Of a stretch of DNA of 64,000 nt, positions 1 through 12,398 are shown piece by piece (position 1 is the first letter of the stretch; each line of letters opens with the position of its first letter). This DNA comes from Microbotryum violaceum. Lineage: Eukaryota. The notes beneath the pieces were generated by a model. It made no database searches. It saw nothing but the letters and a program-made list of their open reading frames with translations, and was not told where the DNA came from. A program made the translations under genes and the position numbers. Where the stretch lies: contig CDLV01000006.1 of NCBI GenBank assembly GCA_001244265.2, positions 2,480,001 through 2,544,000 on the forward strand. The letters run 5' to 3'.

Positions 1-1077
1 CGTCTACTTCAACCCCAACGCAGTCGACCATCTCGCCTTGCTCCAATACCCCGACCGACCCCAGAAACGCTCGACGTCGCACCCTCTGATCCCGCCCTCT
101 TTACGCCCCGACGCTGATCACCCTCATCGAGCACCCGAGGATCAGGTCCAAGCGAGGTACAAGCCCTCGTCGCAACATTTGGAGGTCTCGGTTCCTATCG
201 AACGTCATCATCCGCAACGATGGAACGATGATCAAGCGCGCTTGTTCGCTTCTGGCGTCGTTACCGAGGCTGATATGGCCAAGGAGACTCGGGCGAGGTT
301 GGATGCCGCGTTGGGCAAGAAAGGCGGGAGGCGCGGGAGGAAGAATCCACATGTCGACGAAGAGGAGGAGAGGAGGGAGAGGGAACAGAGGGAGAAAAGG
401 AGGTTGGAGAGGCTCAACTACAAGAGCATCGCATTGCCCGAGGTGACGCATTACTTTGCGATGGTCGCCAGGGAGGGTCAGTTCAATTCTTCAGCGTGCG
501 GATTCCCCATACCAACAGCATCACTGACTCCTTCACGTATCACCCTCAGACTCGGTACATCTTGCGCCCGTGACACAGACGTTCCAACTCCGACCGAATC
601 TGCAGTACCTCGACCAGATCATCACCAACGAACGCCGCCGCAAGCGCGAAGAGAAAGCTTCCGCCGACGCTGACGCCGATTCGGACGGTGACATCTCGGA
701 CGCCGAACTGAAAAAGGAGGAAGCCAAAGCCGTGCAGGTCTCGGTCAAGCAAGAGGCTGAAGGGGCTTCGGCTCTTGGGTCGGGCGGGATGGGCACTCGA
801 GGACCGGCGAACGGGAGGGCTGGCGCGAGTCTGTTCACTCCGCTCAGGCAGGAGGAGAATGAGGAATGGCGCAAAGCCAAGCATTTCCATGCCGATGTAA
901 GCAACGGGACTTTTTTTTTTTTTTTTTACAGAATCAGAGATATCGGCCTAATCACTTTTCCCCTCTCAGACCTCGCGAGCGAACGACGCCTACGACATGA
1001 TTGTCAACTCGCATGATGGTTCCTACGAGGACGACTTCAATGGCACGATCAAGCCTAGAGACTATTTGCAGGGGTAA
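1..1077 (+). CDS. RPC5: RNA polymerase III subunit RPC5/Rpc37 (5'-truncated by window)
   Basis: Motifs LLQYPDRP, HLEVSVPI, THYFAMV..VHLAPVTQTFQLRPNLQYLD fit the Sin_N/RPC5 family. Introns 477-549 and 897-969; stop TAA 1075-1077. Confidence 0.85.
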
Positions 1078-1170
1078 ATTTCGAGCGAACTTTTTGTGTA
1101 ACATTGTACTATTTATTTCATTGCAGTGTTCACCCTACACATATACCTTGCCCACAGCCTGAAAGCCCTC

Positions 1171-2153
1171 TCATCCCAAGTTCGGCCTGTCCGTCTCCGC
1201 GTAATGTGCACTATGCTCATCGCTGGGACCCTGAGAGGTCTTGAGGTTCTGCTTATGCTCAATCATCGAAAGCATCGTCTCGACTTCGGCACCGAGAGCG
1301 GCCTCCCTTTCTTGAGCCAGGGTCGCAAGAGCTTGTTCTCGATCCAGAGCGACTGCGGATCACAACATCCAAAATTGAGGAGATGTCAGGAAACCGTTGG
1401 AAGGGTTAAAGGCTTTTATTGATTGGAGAGTTTGAAAGAACTGACCGCTCAGACGGAGAGAGTGATGAAGGGATTCGGTGCACAGTCGGCGAGTGAGGTA
1501 GGTGATGCGATCGGGCAAGGCGAGGCTGTCGTACAGCGTGGAGACGGTCTGCGGAAGAAAGGATGCAAGTCCGTGAAACGCGTTCGGAAAACGTAAGTGG
1601 ACCCATGCCTGATAATCCACTTACCTCCTCATAATCTGATCAGTCCCTGACCATCAACCAGGAAGGTCAGCCCGGCGCAGAATCAGATATTCCGTCTTCT
1701 CCCATTCCCCCCAATGTAATTGACTCACGTTGCGAAGTCATCTTTTCATGCTGCAGACCCATCCTCAACTCCTCGTTTACCCTAACAAGTTGTCGAATCT
1801 GGTCTTGAAGCGCCGAGACGTCAGTCTGTTCTACTTGGGCTTGTTGGGCAAGAGTGTTGGAGAGGGCAGCGCAGTTGCGCGGTGGGAGGATCGGGGTAGC
1901 AAGGTTGGGATGGTGGAAGCAGCGATGAGTGATCACGAGGTCTTGGGGAGCAGTAGTAGATAAAGTACAAGTGTTATTGGACCGACTCACGCGCGATGAC
2001 GTCTGACGAACTGGTAACCATGCGTCCAGAGGTTGAGCAATGCGCAGGATCTGAGTCACTCGTATCCGAGCTGTGGGCAGCGAAGCATAGAGGAGACGAT
2101 CACGTTGTCGACACAGTGATGAGAGTCGTCTGACCACCTCCCACTCACAACAT
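1171..2153 (-). CDS. Hypothetical multi-exon coiled-coil protein
   Basis: Spliceable exons give VSALQDQIRQLVRVNEELRMGLQHEK..TVSTLYDSL..VALDREQALATLAQEREAALGAEVETML..; GTGAGT/GTAAGT/GTCAGT donors; stop 1171-1173. Start and micro-exon uncertain. Confidence 0.45.
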
Positions 2154-2418
2154 GCTAGTCAGTGAATTTCGAGACGTGGACGAAGGAAGGAAGGCGCGAG
2201 CACACAACCTGGGCGCCCGAAGATCGCTCTCGATCGACCGCCAGTGAGGCATCTCCTTGCCCCACAAAGAGCTCCGAGGAGCCCGCGCTTAGGCCCCCGT
2301 TTCGAGACTCTACCATTCACGGGAGCTCTTTCATTCACATCATGCCTGATCACCTACTTTCCCCCCCACAAATGCACCTTTCAACGCATTTTCAATCGAT
2401 CGATCCAACTCCCCCCAC

Positions 2419-4075
2419 TCAAGCATTCTCCTGCCCCTGAGCAACCCTAGGATCGGACCTCCCCTCGACCCCAGGCGAGGGTTTTCGCCCCTTCTCGCTC
2501 CCCGCTTCAGGTGTCGTAACCAGATTCGCCCTTCCCGAATCACTGAGCACGAACTTGACCCTCGGCAGAACCGGTCGAACTTCTTCATTCGAAGCACTCC
2601 TCGGTGAATCGACGTGCATCGCGATCGTCGAAGCAGCGGAAGTTGTACCCGATCGTCTCGAGGGTGTGAACTCGGCATTGGCTTGGGCGTTCGAGCGGAC
2701 TGAGAAGATGGAGGCTGAATCTTGAATCAAGACTTGCGGGATGTCGGTCGAGCAGGATGGGGGGAGGTAGGAAGGCTTGATGGGATCACCACCCGTGTAA
2801 GGGGAGTCGAAGTGTCGATGGACAGGGCTCCAGCCCTGGTTCGTAGAACGCTTACTCATAGGCGTGCCTAAATCACTTGAGGCACTGGTCCAGCTGGAAA
2901 AGGAATCACGATGACGACGAGCGCGTGCGCGGCTGTGTTCTTGTTCTTCACGTTGGAGTTGGGCCAGAGTATCGGTAGCGACTCGACGAAGGGCGATGAC
3001 GAGCTCGTTGAAGCTGGCTTCGGGGACGTTGACTAGCATTGCGCTGTCGAGCATGTTGCGAATGAACGAGTAAAGTTGCGCCGGTGAGAGGAGCCAGAGG
3101 AGACTCATGTTGGAATTGCGGAGGAATTCGATGGAAGCGGATTGGGTATCGTGGACTCTCAATCCAGTGCGACTACTCAAAGCGTCTGGGGATGGTCCGC
3201 AGCCGGTTCAGAGGAAGCCTTATCACCTCGCTTTGTCGAGAGAGCTCACCTGGCAGCACCCCAAGGATGTCCAGTTGTTCACGAGTGGCATAGTAGAAAG
3301 TGAACACTGTCCAGATCTCTTGGGTATCCTCGACATCCGACGGCAGCAGTTGACCCGATCTACTCATGAAAAGTCCGCGCTCTTCAGCACCGGCCGGCGT
3401 GGGAGATCCGGCAGTACACTCACCCAAGCACCGTCCCTTCCTTGAGTGTACACCTTTGAACGCTCAACGTAACCTTTTTGTTGCTCGTACCCTCCAGCGT
3501 TGGACTGGGAAGCTCGAGCTCGCTGTTGAGGTACCAAGGCACGATTCGACCTTCGGGATCTCGCGCCGGGTCGACCCCTGCGCCGATGGCGTAGACTTTG
3601 CACCAGCCTGTCAATCGAAATGCCAGCGTCATGCCGTGTAGTCGAATGAGCCTTGCAGACGGAATTAGGACTGACCAGGATGTTCATCAATCGTCAATGT
3701 CCCGATGTACGCCTCGAGCGGCGAAGTTGACGAAATGCTACGCGTATCCCGACCAAAAAAGACCGTCAAAGGACACTTGTACGAAACCCCGCCATTGCTA
3801 TTCTCCGATTCTGGATTTAGAATTGTGGATGACGTCGGGGTAAGGGGCGCTCGAAGAGGTGGGGGCGATTCGATGTAGCAGATCATCTCCTTGGTTCCGA
3901 TCGCTGAGAGTCGCTCAAAGACAATCAAATCCAGGAGTCAGGATCGTGGAACGACGTCAACATGATCCTGAATGTATGCACTTTTGTGGGCCAACTTACG
4001 CGTGGGACACAGCTCTTTCAGGGCTCGCAGTTGCACCGTGTGGGATTCACGCTCGACATGAGGAATTTTGACCAT
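2419..4075 (-). CDS. Hypothetical multi-exon protein
   Basis: ATG 4075 (MVKIPHVER..) followed by a GTAAGT donor, several protein-like exons (3665-3928, 3420-3632, 3173-3427) and a long terminal ORF 2419-3180. No family recognised. Confidence 0.5.
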
Positions 4076-4584
4076 CGCGAACAAACCTGATTCTTGATGT
4101 GTCCTGTAAGTTGGGCCAAGAAGGGGCGATCGAACGCGTCGAGGTGTGAATGAGGATGTGGGGGAGCACACAGTGGCAGCCGAGGAGCCGGGACAAGTCA
4201 ATCTTAGTTGAGCTTGGCTTCGAAATGGTCCTTGTATGATGCACGTCGCAAAGCACTCACACCATCGCGAAGAAGCCCGTGTCGACGAAAGCAGAAGATA
4301 AAGAGAGTCGAAAGGCGTCAGAGAGGGAGAAGCGCAAGAGCAAAAAGTGAAGGCGAGACGGCGATTGGCGAAAGTTTAAAGACTCTCGATCGTCGAGAGG
4401 AGGTCCGGGGAGAGGAGGCCGGAGCGTTTCGACGTGCTCTCAACCGTTCGCGCTCAGCGAATAGAACTCAAATCGCAATCAAAAATCCCATTCAAAATTG
4501 CCAGGCCTTACAAGCACAACACAATCACGAACAGAACACCTCCTACACCCCAATCGCTCTGCAAGCCCTCTTCCGCCCACTCCT

Positions 4585-6783
4585 TCAGTCTCGACGTGCC
4601 CGTTTGGTGGTCGTACCGACCGAGGAAATCGATGCACTTCGTTTCGTCTGTGGTTCAAGAATCAAGAGAAAAGGTTAAATCGGCAATTCTGACTTCCAAT
4701 CGTCCAGTCTGTACACGCCCAAGCAACCCTCAGACTCACCCTCTGATCAGTCTTGTTCGACCCCACATCGTCCCCTTCCTCCTTCTTGACCTGTTCGCCT
4801 TCCATCTCCATTGGTGCTGGTGTCGCCAACTTCTCCGGAGCCGGAGTAACCGAAGCTGAAGCTGGAACAGGTGGACCACCCTGCGCAGCGAGCAACACGT
4901 CCCTCTTCTTGGTGAACGTCTTGATCTCGGCTTGGCATCGATCGACAGCCTTTTTCAATTCGACCATTTGACTCAGTGTCGCTTGCAGTTGGTCGAGTTT
5001 CTCTATGTTGCCTTTGGTGGGCATGATGAGATGCGTCGAGATGCCGAGTTCGACGAGCGCCGAAGAGACTTTGGCGGCGACGCCGGGTTTGACGGATGCG
5101 ATGCGCGAGGAACGGACGCCGACGGATGGCCAGGGACTAGCTTTCGGGGCCGAGACCGATGGGGCAGGATGCCGTTCGATGCAGTTTGCAGCGTCTATTG
5201 AACCAGGATATCAAGGTCAATCTCCACCTCACCGACAACCTGATCTGATCTCTATCCAGAGACCACTCACCTTGCGCCGGCGTTGCCTTTCGAACACTGC
5301 CCTCTCCCGCCCACCCTTCGGGCAACCCACCCCCATTGAGTCCTTCCAACTCCCACCCCGTCTGCCCCTTCTTCTTCTTACTCTCCTCGACCTTCTGCGC
5401 CTGCGTAGTGGCCGCCCCTTTCGCTCCTCCACCAACACCCAAAGGTACACCCGGTGCCGCACCGATCCCTTCCCTTCCTCCAAGTATCTTGAGCAATTCG
5501 GCTCGCTCGGTCGCCATCTTGTTGTACTGTTGCTCGATGCGCCGTGTTTCGATGTAGAGGAAGTCTTCTTCGGCGATCTGTTTGGGCGTACGGGACAGCA
5601 AGGACCGTAGGTAGGCTTTGCGTTCCACTTCTCGGTCTGTGACGCGGTGGTGAGAGTCGGGGATCAAACGGCCAATTCATTCAGCCATCGCTCCTATAAT
5701 ATAACAACGGCACGATAAACGAGTCAAAGCTCACTCATATCGAACTGCATGCTCGAGATGGCGTCCTGGCGCTGCTTGTCCCACTTGTCCTTGTCCTCCG
5801 GAGCGAGCGTCGCCGGGGGCGGGCGTTGCTTCAACAGCTCGCGCGAGATCGAGTAATAACGTTGTTTGAGCATCTGAAGTGAAAGGGATGGCAGTAGAGG
5901 TCAGCTTTCAAAGCTACACCGGCTGGAACCCCCCCCTCCTGGACGAATGGACTGACCTCAACGGAGCGCTCCGAGGTATACTGCCATCGATCGGCCATGA
6001 CGATGAAGCGAATGTCGTACGTGCGCGCGAGTTCAAACAAATGATCCGTCTCATCCTTCGTCCAAGTAGGATCCAGATCTGTAAGTTCCCGGTATCGTGT
6101 TCATCAGCTCGGAAGGGGCGTGGCGTTCGATGAGTCCAGGAGAACCTACTTCTCAGCCACATATCGTACTCCTGATCTGTGTACGACTTGGGTTGACTCG
6201 ACGTATTGAACTTGGCAAACCTGTAGTCCAATACGGGTTGTTGTTCCGATTCGGGGAGGTCCCGGACCCAATGTCGAAGTTGGAGTTTGGCCCTGGGGTT
6301 GATGCGAGAGCTTTGATCTTGCTCCGCTTGTTTCCCCTCCTCCGCTTCAACGACCACGACTTTCTCATCCCCCTGCGCCTGCGCTCTCTCGACCACTTTC
6401 TTCTCCGCCTCCCTCAACTTCTGCAAGTCCTCCACCTTGGCCCCTCTAGAAGGGTTCACAAACGCGGTCCAAGTCCACTTCGTTCCCCCTCTCCTACCGC
6501 CCAAACCGCCTCCCAAACCCTTGCCATCTTTCCCGAACCCAATCCTCGACTTGAACTGAGGTTTACTCGTCGTCGATTGCGCCAAAGCCAAAGAAGGGGC
6601 ATTGTGACCGATCAAAGCGAACAGTTCGCGAGTCACGCCGGCGGGTCGGGCAGCACCTTTGCGGGAGTTGGGAGGCGCACTGGACGGGTTCGAACGACGG
6701 GAGGTGCTAATGGAGGAGAGTCCCGGACCGGTGGTAGAGGTCGAACTGATTTGCAGAATGTCGCGCACATCTTTGGAGGTCAT
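4585..6783 (-). CDS. SWC4: SWR1/NuA4 complex subunit Swc4/Eaf2 (DMAP1 homologue)
   Basis: MTSKDVRDIL, TRELFALIG, WTWTAFVNP, LRHWVR, YRFAKFN and SANT-like WTKDETDHLFELARTYDIRFIVMADRW; last exon ends TKRARRD*. Confidence 0.93.
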
Positions 6784-7164
6784 GGTGGCCGAGTGGAGGC
6801 GGGAACGGCGCGCGCACAGGTGCAAGATGGCAGGCAGTGCACGGAGGGAGAGGCGCGCGAGTCGGCACGCCCCGACCACACGCAAACACCGAGCTGTTTG
6901 CATCCTTTCGCATCTCTTCTTTTCGCATATATAAGAACCTTAATGTAGCGTGTATATTGGGAACAACCAAATTAGAAACGAAGACAGAGGTGGAACGATT
7001 AATAGGAACATGCAGCTCATCCAAATAAGTGGTCGCACAACCCCCGAAAACATCCACGGTGCAAGACAAGCCTCATCATCTTGACACAAGTCACTTCGAG
7101 TAGAAGACGGGCCAGGACAATACGCATACAACAATGCCCTCTAACACACAAATGCCATACATTT

Positions 7165-8739
7165 TCAATCATCCCATAAACTCGAAGGCGCCTCGACGGG
7201 CTCGACATTGTGCGCCACCGTTCTCACGCCCTTGTAATACCCCGGCTTCAAAGCTTGCGGCGTCGTCGTCGACTCGTGATCGTCCTCGTCGTTCAAGAGA
7301 GGACCGGAGATTGCTCGTTTTGGTGGAGGGAGGTCCTTGAGGGTGAGTGGCATGGGTGAATTCGGCAAGGACGCGACCCGTCGAACCCCAGTCGCGACCG
7401 AGGGATGCCCTTTCCCAATCGCGATGATCGGCTCGCTCCCTTCACTCGACTCGGTCCCTGGGCCATTCGTAGACATCCCATTGATCGAAGAAGACTCCTC
7501 ACTCCAATCGTTGGCCGTGATACGACCACTCCATACCCCGACGGCTTCCCTCACACCCTGCAACTCCATCCACTCCTTGATCGACAGCTTCTCGACGGGA
7601 CCTTGACCGCGTCGTTCATAGTCGATCGCCGAATAGGTCGTGAATGCCCGGGGTGGCTCTCGAGATATGCGCACGAACGAGCCCGAAGGGGATCCATTGG
7701 AGAGCGAGTTCGTCGACGGTGTCCGAGAGGGAGTTTCGGAGCGTAGACAGGAGGCCAGAGGGGTCAGGGTTGCGTGAGAGGGTTCGTGGGGCGGTACCGT
7801 GTCGGGATTGGGCTCGTCTTCCGTGTCTGAACCCTCCTGAGCCTGGTTGTCGACCTCTTTCTCATCTTCGTCAAACACGGGGCAGGCCTGCGCTGACGGG
7901 GTCATGGAAGCACTGTCGTCGGAGCCCGAGTTGGAGTGGGTGCTCATCGTAGTCTTTTTCATCATGGGTGGGTTGACGTCTTCCCACAGCGCCCTCCTCG
8001 CCGCGGCGAGCTGTGGATCTTCGCCTGGTACTGCCGGCCTCGACGCAGAAGACGTTCTTTTTGTAGTTGTGGAGGAGGAAGAAGAAGGTGGGGAAGTCGA
8101 AATGTCATCCGATGCGGCGACCGATGAAGCGAGGGAGCTGATGGGTCCGTTCGAGGTCGACGAGGTCGAGGCGCAGCACGACGAGGACGCCGACGACGAA
8201 CATGACGAGGACGACAACTTGCGCGAGATGCTCGTCGACGATGATGATGACGCAGCGGGTTTGGCCTCAAGAAGGGGTTCGAACCCGATCGTCGTACGCA
8301 GCGGAGGCGTCGGTGCAGCGTTGGGGTGGAGCGAAGGGGCGCCAAAGTGATCGATCGATCGGGCGCCGTTTGACGTCAAGGGCGCGTTCGACCCGGGTCG
8401 ATCCGTATGAGACCCACTGCCGATGAACTGGTGTGACGAGTGATCACTACACCCATTCCTGGCCAACGAAATCCCCGGTGGGAGGTACAAGAACGAAGGG
8501 GCGGTGGTGCGACCGTTGGAAGCGAGCAAAGGTGAGCTAGTGCCGCCCGAGGGACTGGTCGAGAGTTGCTGGCGAATGTGTCGGCGCTCGTCTGAGCCCG
8601 CCGCGCCGGCGAGCCGAGTCGATGACATGCTCGTTCGACGAGTACCGCGCGGCGAGGCCGACAACGACACTAATGGAGGGGAACTCGAGGTCGAAGCGGT
8701 CGGTGTCGCGTGCATGTTGACGTGGTGGGTGAAGGTCAT
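7165..8739 (-). CDS. Ser-rich disordered protein with Bni4/neurabin-like PP1-docking region
   Basis: Single long ORF, first ATG at 8739. Contains SCLR..FVRISREPPRAFTTYSAIDYERR, resembling the RVxF-TYS-YDRR module. Confidence 0.6.
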   Translation of the reverse strand: MTFTHHVNMHATPTASTSSSPPLVSLSASPRGTRRTSMSSTRLAGAAGSDERRHIRQQLSTSPSGGTSSPLLASNGRTTAPSFLYLPPGISLARNGCSDHSSHQFIGSGSHTDRPGSNAPLTSNGARSIDHFGAPSLHPNAAPTPPLRTTIGFEPLLEAKPAASSSSSTSISRKLSSSSCSSSASSSCCASTSSTSNGPISSLASSVAASDDISTSPPSSSSSTTTKRTSSASRPAVPGEDPQLAAARRALWEDVNPPMMKKTTMSTHSNSGSDDSASMTPSAQACPVFDEDEKEVDNQAQEGSDTEDEPNPDTVPPHEPSHATLTPLASCLRSETPSRTPSTNSLSNGSPSGSFVRISREPPRAFTTYSAIDYERRGQGPVEKLSIKEWMELQGVREAVGVWSGRITANDWSEESSSINGMSTNGPGTESSEGSEPIIAIGKGHPSVATGVRRVASLPNSPMPLTLKDLPPPKRAISGPLLNDEDDHESTTTPQALKPGYYKGVRTVAHNVEPVEAPSSLWDD

Positions 8740-9928
8740 TCGGCTTCGCGAATCGAGCTCGGAGCTCCGTTGGCCGTACACGGGCACGCGAGCAGGCCCG
8801 TCAATGCGGTCTGGCTCTGTCTGGCTGGGCCCCGACGCGAGAATGTTGGTGGGATTCAAACTCGAACTCGGTCCTTCCTCAGATCACTCGCCACGAGCTC
8901 TGGGACCTGTAGCGTGTAGGTCCAGTGAATCAGCTCCAGCCAATGGTCGCCAAGGAGATAGTACTACTGACCTTGCAATCCACCCGGTAACGAAAAGGAG
9001 TGTAGGTGGGGGATGTTCTCGGTTGAAAGCGATGAGGACCCAAGAGTTCCGAGACCAGCCGAGACCAGCCTCAGCGAGGACGGGCCTGGTCTGGCCTGGT
9101 CAAGCCTGATGTTCAGCGCGGGCGAATTCGCGCGCGCGCCTTGGCGCAAATGGCAACGGCAATTGGCATCGAGGCATGTGTTCAGTGCAGATTGATGGAT
9201 CGTCGACGTCCATGCCGCGATGCATGTTGACACGCGGCATCTTTTGATTCACGCGATCCCGCTTTACTCTACTCCGCCGCACCCTTTCCCCGGTCTGATT
9301 CGAAAACGAAAGCACAGAGCTTTTATTACGAAACAACAACAACGGAGACTGAACATTATGCAGAGGTCAGAATAATTAAAGAGATCCTGACGGATGCGAC
9401 TGATGAATGCGATGCTCGAAAAAAGAAAAGTTTGCGGAGGATGGCGGAGGATCTGATTGACCCTTGTGAGGAGACGAATAATCTGCAGCACACGCGTCAG
9501 TACAAATAACGTATGCAGCAAGGGTGTATCGTGTATCGACACGCATCCAAAGGCGAACATGATCACCACGATCGATCAAACGACGACGACGACCGCCGGA
9601 CGAAGGAACGACAACTTTTGTACTTTTGTGGGCAAAGGGATCAGAGTGGTGTTGACGTTTATAGATCTAGGTTCCGCAGTGAAGGAAGGAGGATTTCAAG
9701 CTCCCCTACTCGGTCGTAATATTATTTGTGTATAATAGCAGGATCGGTCTCATCATGTAAAGTGTGTCCCATGGTGGTCGTTTGTCGTTCGTTCGTCGTC
9801 GTCGTCGTCGTGTGGACATGGGACATGCGCGTGCCACACTCCGTGCGAAGGGAAGGAAGGATTTTGATCGGGAACAAGGACTCACGTTCCGCAGAAATGA
9901 AGGCCTTTGTAAGCCTGGACGTCGTCGT

Positions 9929-10541
9929 TCATCCGGTGAAAAAGGGCACATTCGCGGCGGCGGAAAAGATCAAGAGCAGCACCTGCACGGCCCCCCACAG
10001 CGGTGGTACCCAAGTCGACATCCTCAAGAACGCGGCATTGTACAAGGCCGCGAGGGCATAGGCGACGATAGTCGATGATATGAGCCCGAGGAGGAGGGAG
10101 CTGAGGATCCAGAGAGCGAACGAGAGCAAAGTCAGGCGCGGGTGCCGTTTGGTGAAGTTGAGGAGCAGGAGCAGGCCGGTGACGAGAAAGACAAAGCCGT
10201 AGAAGAGGAGAGTCCAGTACAGCGTGCTAATGACGAGAAAGGTGGAGACAGCACGCAGAGGGTCAGGAAGGGGCCGCAACGGGTGAAGAGGAAAAAACGC
10301 CAAGGCACGCCAACGCACAATCTCCACTGTGAGCGCCAATGAACGCCAGATCCAGTCAGCACGCCGCGTCTGGCGATTCAAAGAGGCGGGAACGTAAACT
10401 AACGATGGCATAGGGCTGGTAGAGGTACTGCGGGTCTTGGTGCAAGGCCGAATACAGGGCCGGCCACCCGGGCTCGACGTACCCCTCGGGCGGGTTGGCC
10501 GAGATGCTTTTGTTCTCATCGTCGTCTCGGATCAAGTCCAT
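9929..10541 (-). CDS. Conserved small fungal integral membrane protein
   Basis: Spliced product YLYQPYAIWRFTLYWTLLFY..ALYNAAFLRMSTWVPPLWG with 3-4 hydrophobic helices; includes an 8-nt micro-exon at 10319-10326. Confidence 0.75.
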
Positions 10542-10998
10542 CGCAGTGGGTCACGGTTGAAGTTAGATCATGATGGTGAGGGGAGGGGTGGGCGGCGACG
10601 GCGTCGACCGCAGCAGCGGCAGTGACGGGACGGAGTGCTGGCCGCGGGCGCAACAGCGCGAGAGCGAGAGCGTGTGGCAGGAGCGAGAGCGCCAAAGAGG
10701 GGAGGCCCGCGCGCCAGGTCAAACCCCGCATGGGCGCATTACAAAGCCAATCCATCACCCTAGCATAATATTACAGCACTTGAGGCTCCAGTGTCCTTGA
10801 CTCGTCGCTCCCGGTTCACTGCTGATGTCGTCGATCGCGATCTGCAACTCGTTATCATCTCTTTATCTCGTCGTCACCCAACCCAAACTCTCCTTTCACA
10901 AAGCCTTCCCTTTTCTGTCCTCGACTGGCACACCCACCCCGTACGCTCGCTCTCCCTCTGGTTTCCCGTCTCCGATCTCGAAGCGTTCCAAATCGGCC

Positions 10999-12193
10999 AT
11001 GACGACTCGCCAAAGCCCGACGCCGGTGACCTCACTTTCGCAATCGAGCGACACCTTGCTCCTGTTGGAAACCTTGGCCTTCTCTGCCCGCGCTCACGAG
11101 AAGCAAAAGAGGAAGAACAAGCAGGTCAGTGTGTCAAAAGGGCCGCGTGGGTGGAAGGGACTATAGGGAAATCTTTCCCGGTCACGCGACGCCGTGCACG
11201 ACGACGACGGTGGATGGCGATGTGGAGGAAATTTCACACGATCGGGCCGTCATCCGACCTCGTCGTGTCTCCGATGTGTTCTCTGTACTATCGCAACAAA
11301 AAGCACACACAAAAAGTATGATCTAACCCGATATTTCCCCCTAGGGCACTCCCTACATCCAGCATCCACTCGACGTCGCACGAAGGATCGCCGCTCCCCC
11401 CTCCTCTCTCGCCCCTTCCCCTGATGTCAAAATCCTCCAAGCCGCAATCCTCCACGACACGATCGAGGACACCGATGTCACCCCCGAAGATCTCGAACGA
11501 CATTTCGGTAGAGAGGTGATGGAAATTGGTAAGGCAGAATCAGAATTTGAGGCTGTTGTGAAAGATTTTCTTTTCTGAGCAACTGGCCTTCTCGCTCCGG
11601 GGCTGCTTATACCATACAGTGATGGAATGTACGGACGACGGTACGCTCTCCAAGGTCGAGAGGAAGCAAACGCAGATCGATCGCGCACCGTCAAGATCGT
11701 TCCGAGCTAGTTCGTAGTTCACCGAAAATGCGCTTACGGGGGCCGGGGGATGAGTCGAGGTGCTGATTCCCGAATTGACCATGGTCATGCAACGCGATAG
11801 AACAAGTCAAATTGGCCGACAAATGGTCCAATCTAACTGATTTGACCATCGATGTACCGGTTGGGTGGACGGCGCAGAGAGTACAGGTGCGAACAAAGCT
11901 CTCTCTCTGGCCGAGTGGTCTCTTGCGCATGGAGCCTGATCCCTTCCCCTCCCCCTCCGACCTACAGGAATACTTCATCTGGGGCAAGAAGGTCCGTTCA
12001 CATCTCAGTCCCAGCCCACACAATACCGTACTCTGCGCAGCATCACTGACCATAATCTTGCACTTCTCAGGTCGTCGACGGCTGCAAAGGTGCCAACCCA
12101 GGGATGGAAGCCGAGCTGGACGAGCTGTTCAAGTGGGGCACGTTCAAGCACGAGGGGAAGGAGTATGAGTGCCATCCGACATATCGTGGGTGA
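10999..12193 (+). CDS. MESH1: MESH1/HDDC3-like HD-domain (p)ppGpp/NADPH pyrophosphohydrolase
   Basis: Six exons (10999-11124, 11345-11528, 11620-11709, 11801-11886, 11968-11991, 12071-12193) give FSARAHEKQKRK.GTPYIQHPLDVA..LQAAILHDTIEDTD..VMECTDD..KQVKLADKWSNLTDL..PVGWTAQRVQEYFIW, collinear with MESH1 motifs. Confidence 0.9.
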
Positions 12194-12398
12194 AGGGATG
12201 TGAAGAGGGGAGAGAGCTTGCATAGACAACGACGCAATCTAGAGGGAGTCCATGCGCTCTGCGAACACCATGTGCCCTCTGTAGGGATTGGGGTTTGAGG
12301 ATTTCGACGAGAAGGGAACGGGGAGACGAAGAGGTGCATTGCAGGAAAGGGGAGCGAGGTGGAACGAAGAGAAAATGTAGACGGCATGGAACTCCCTT

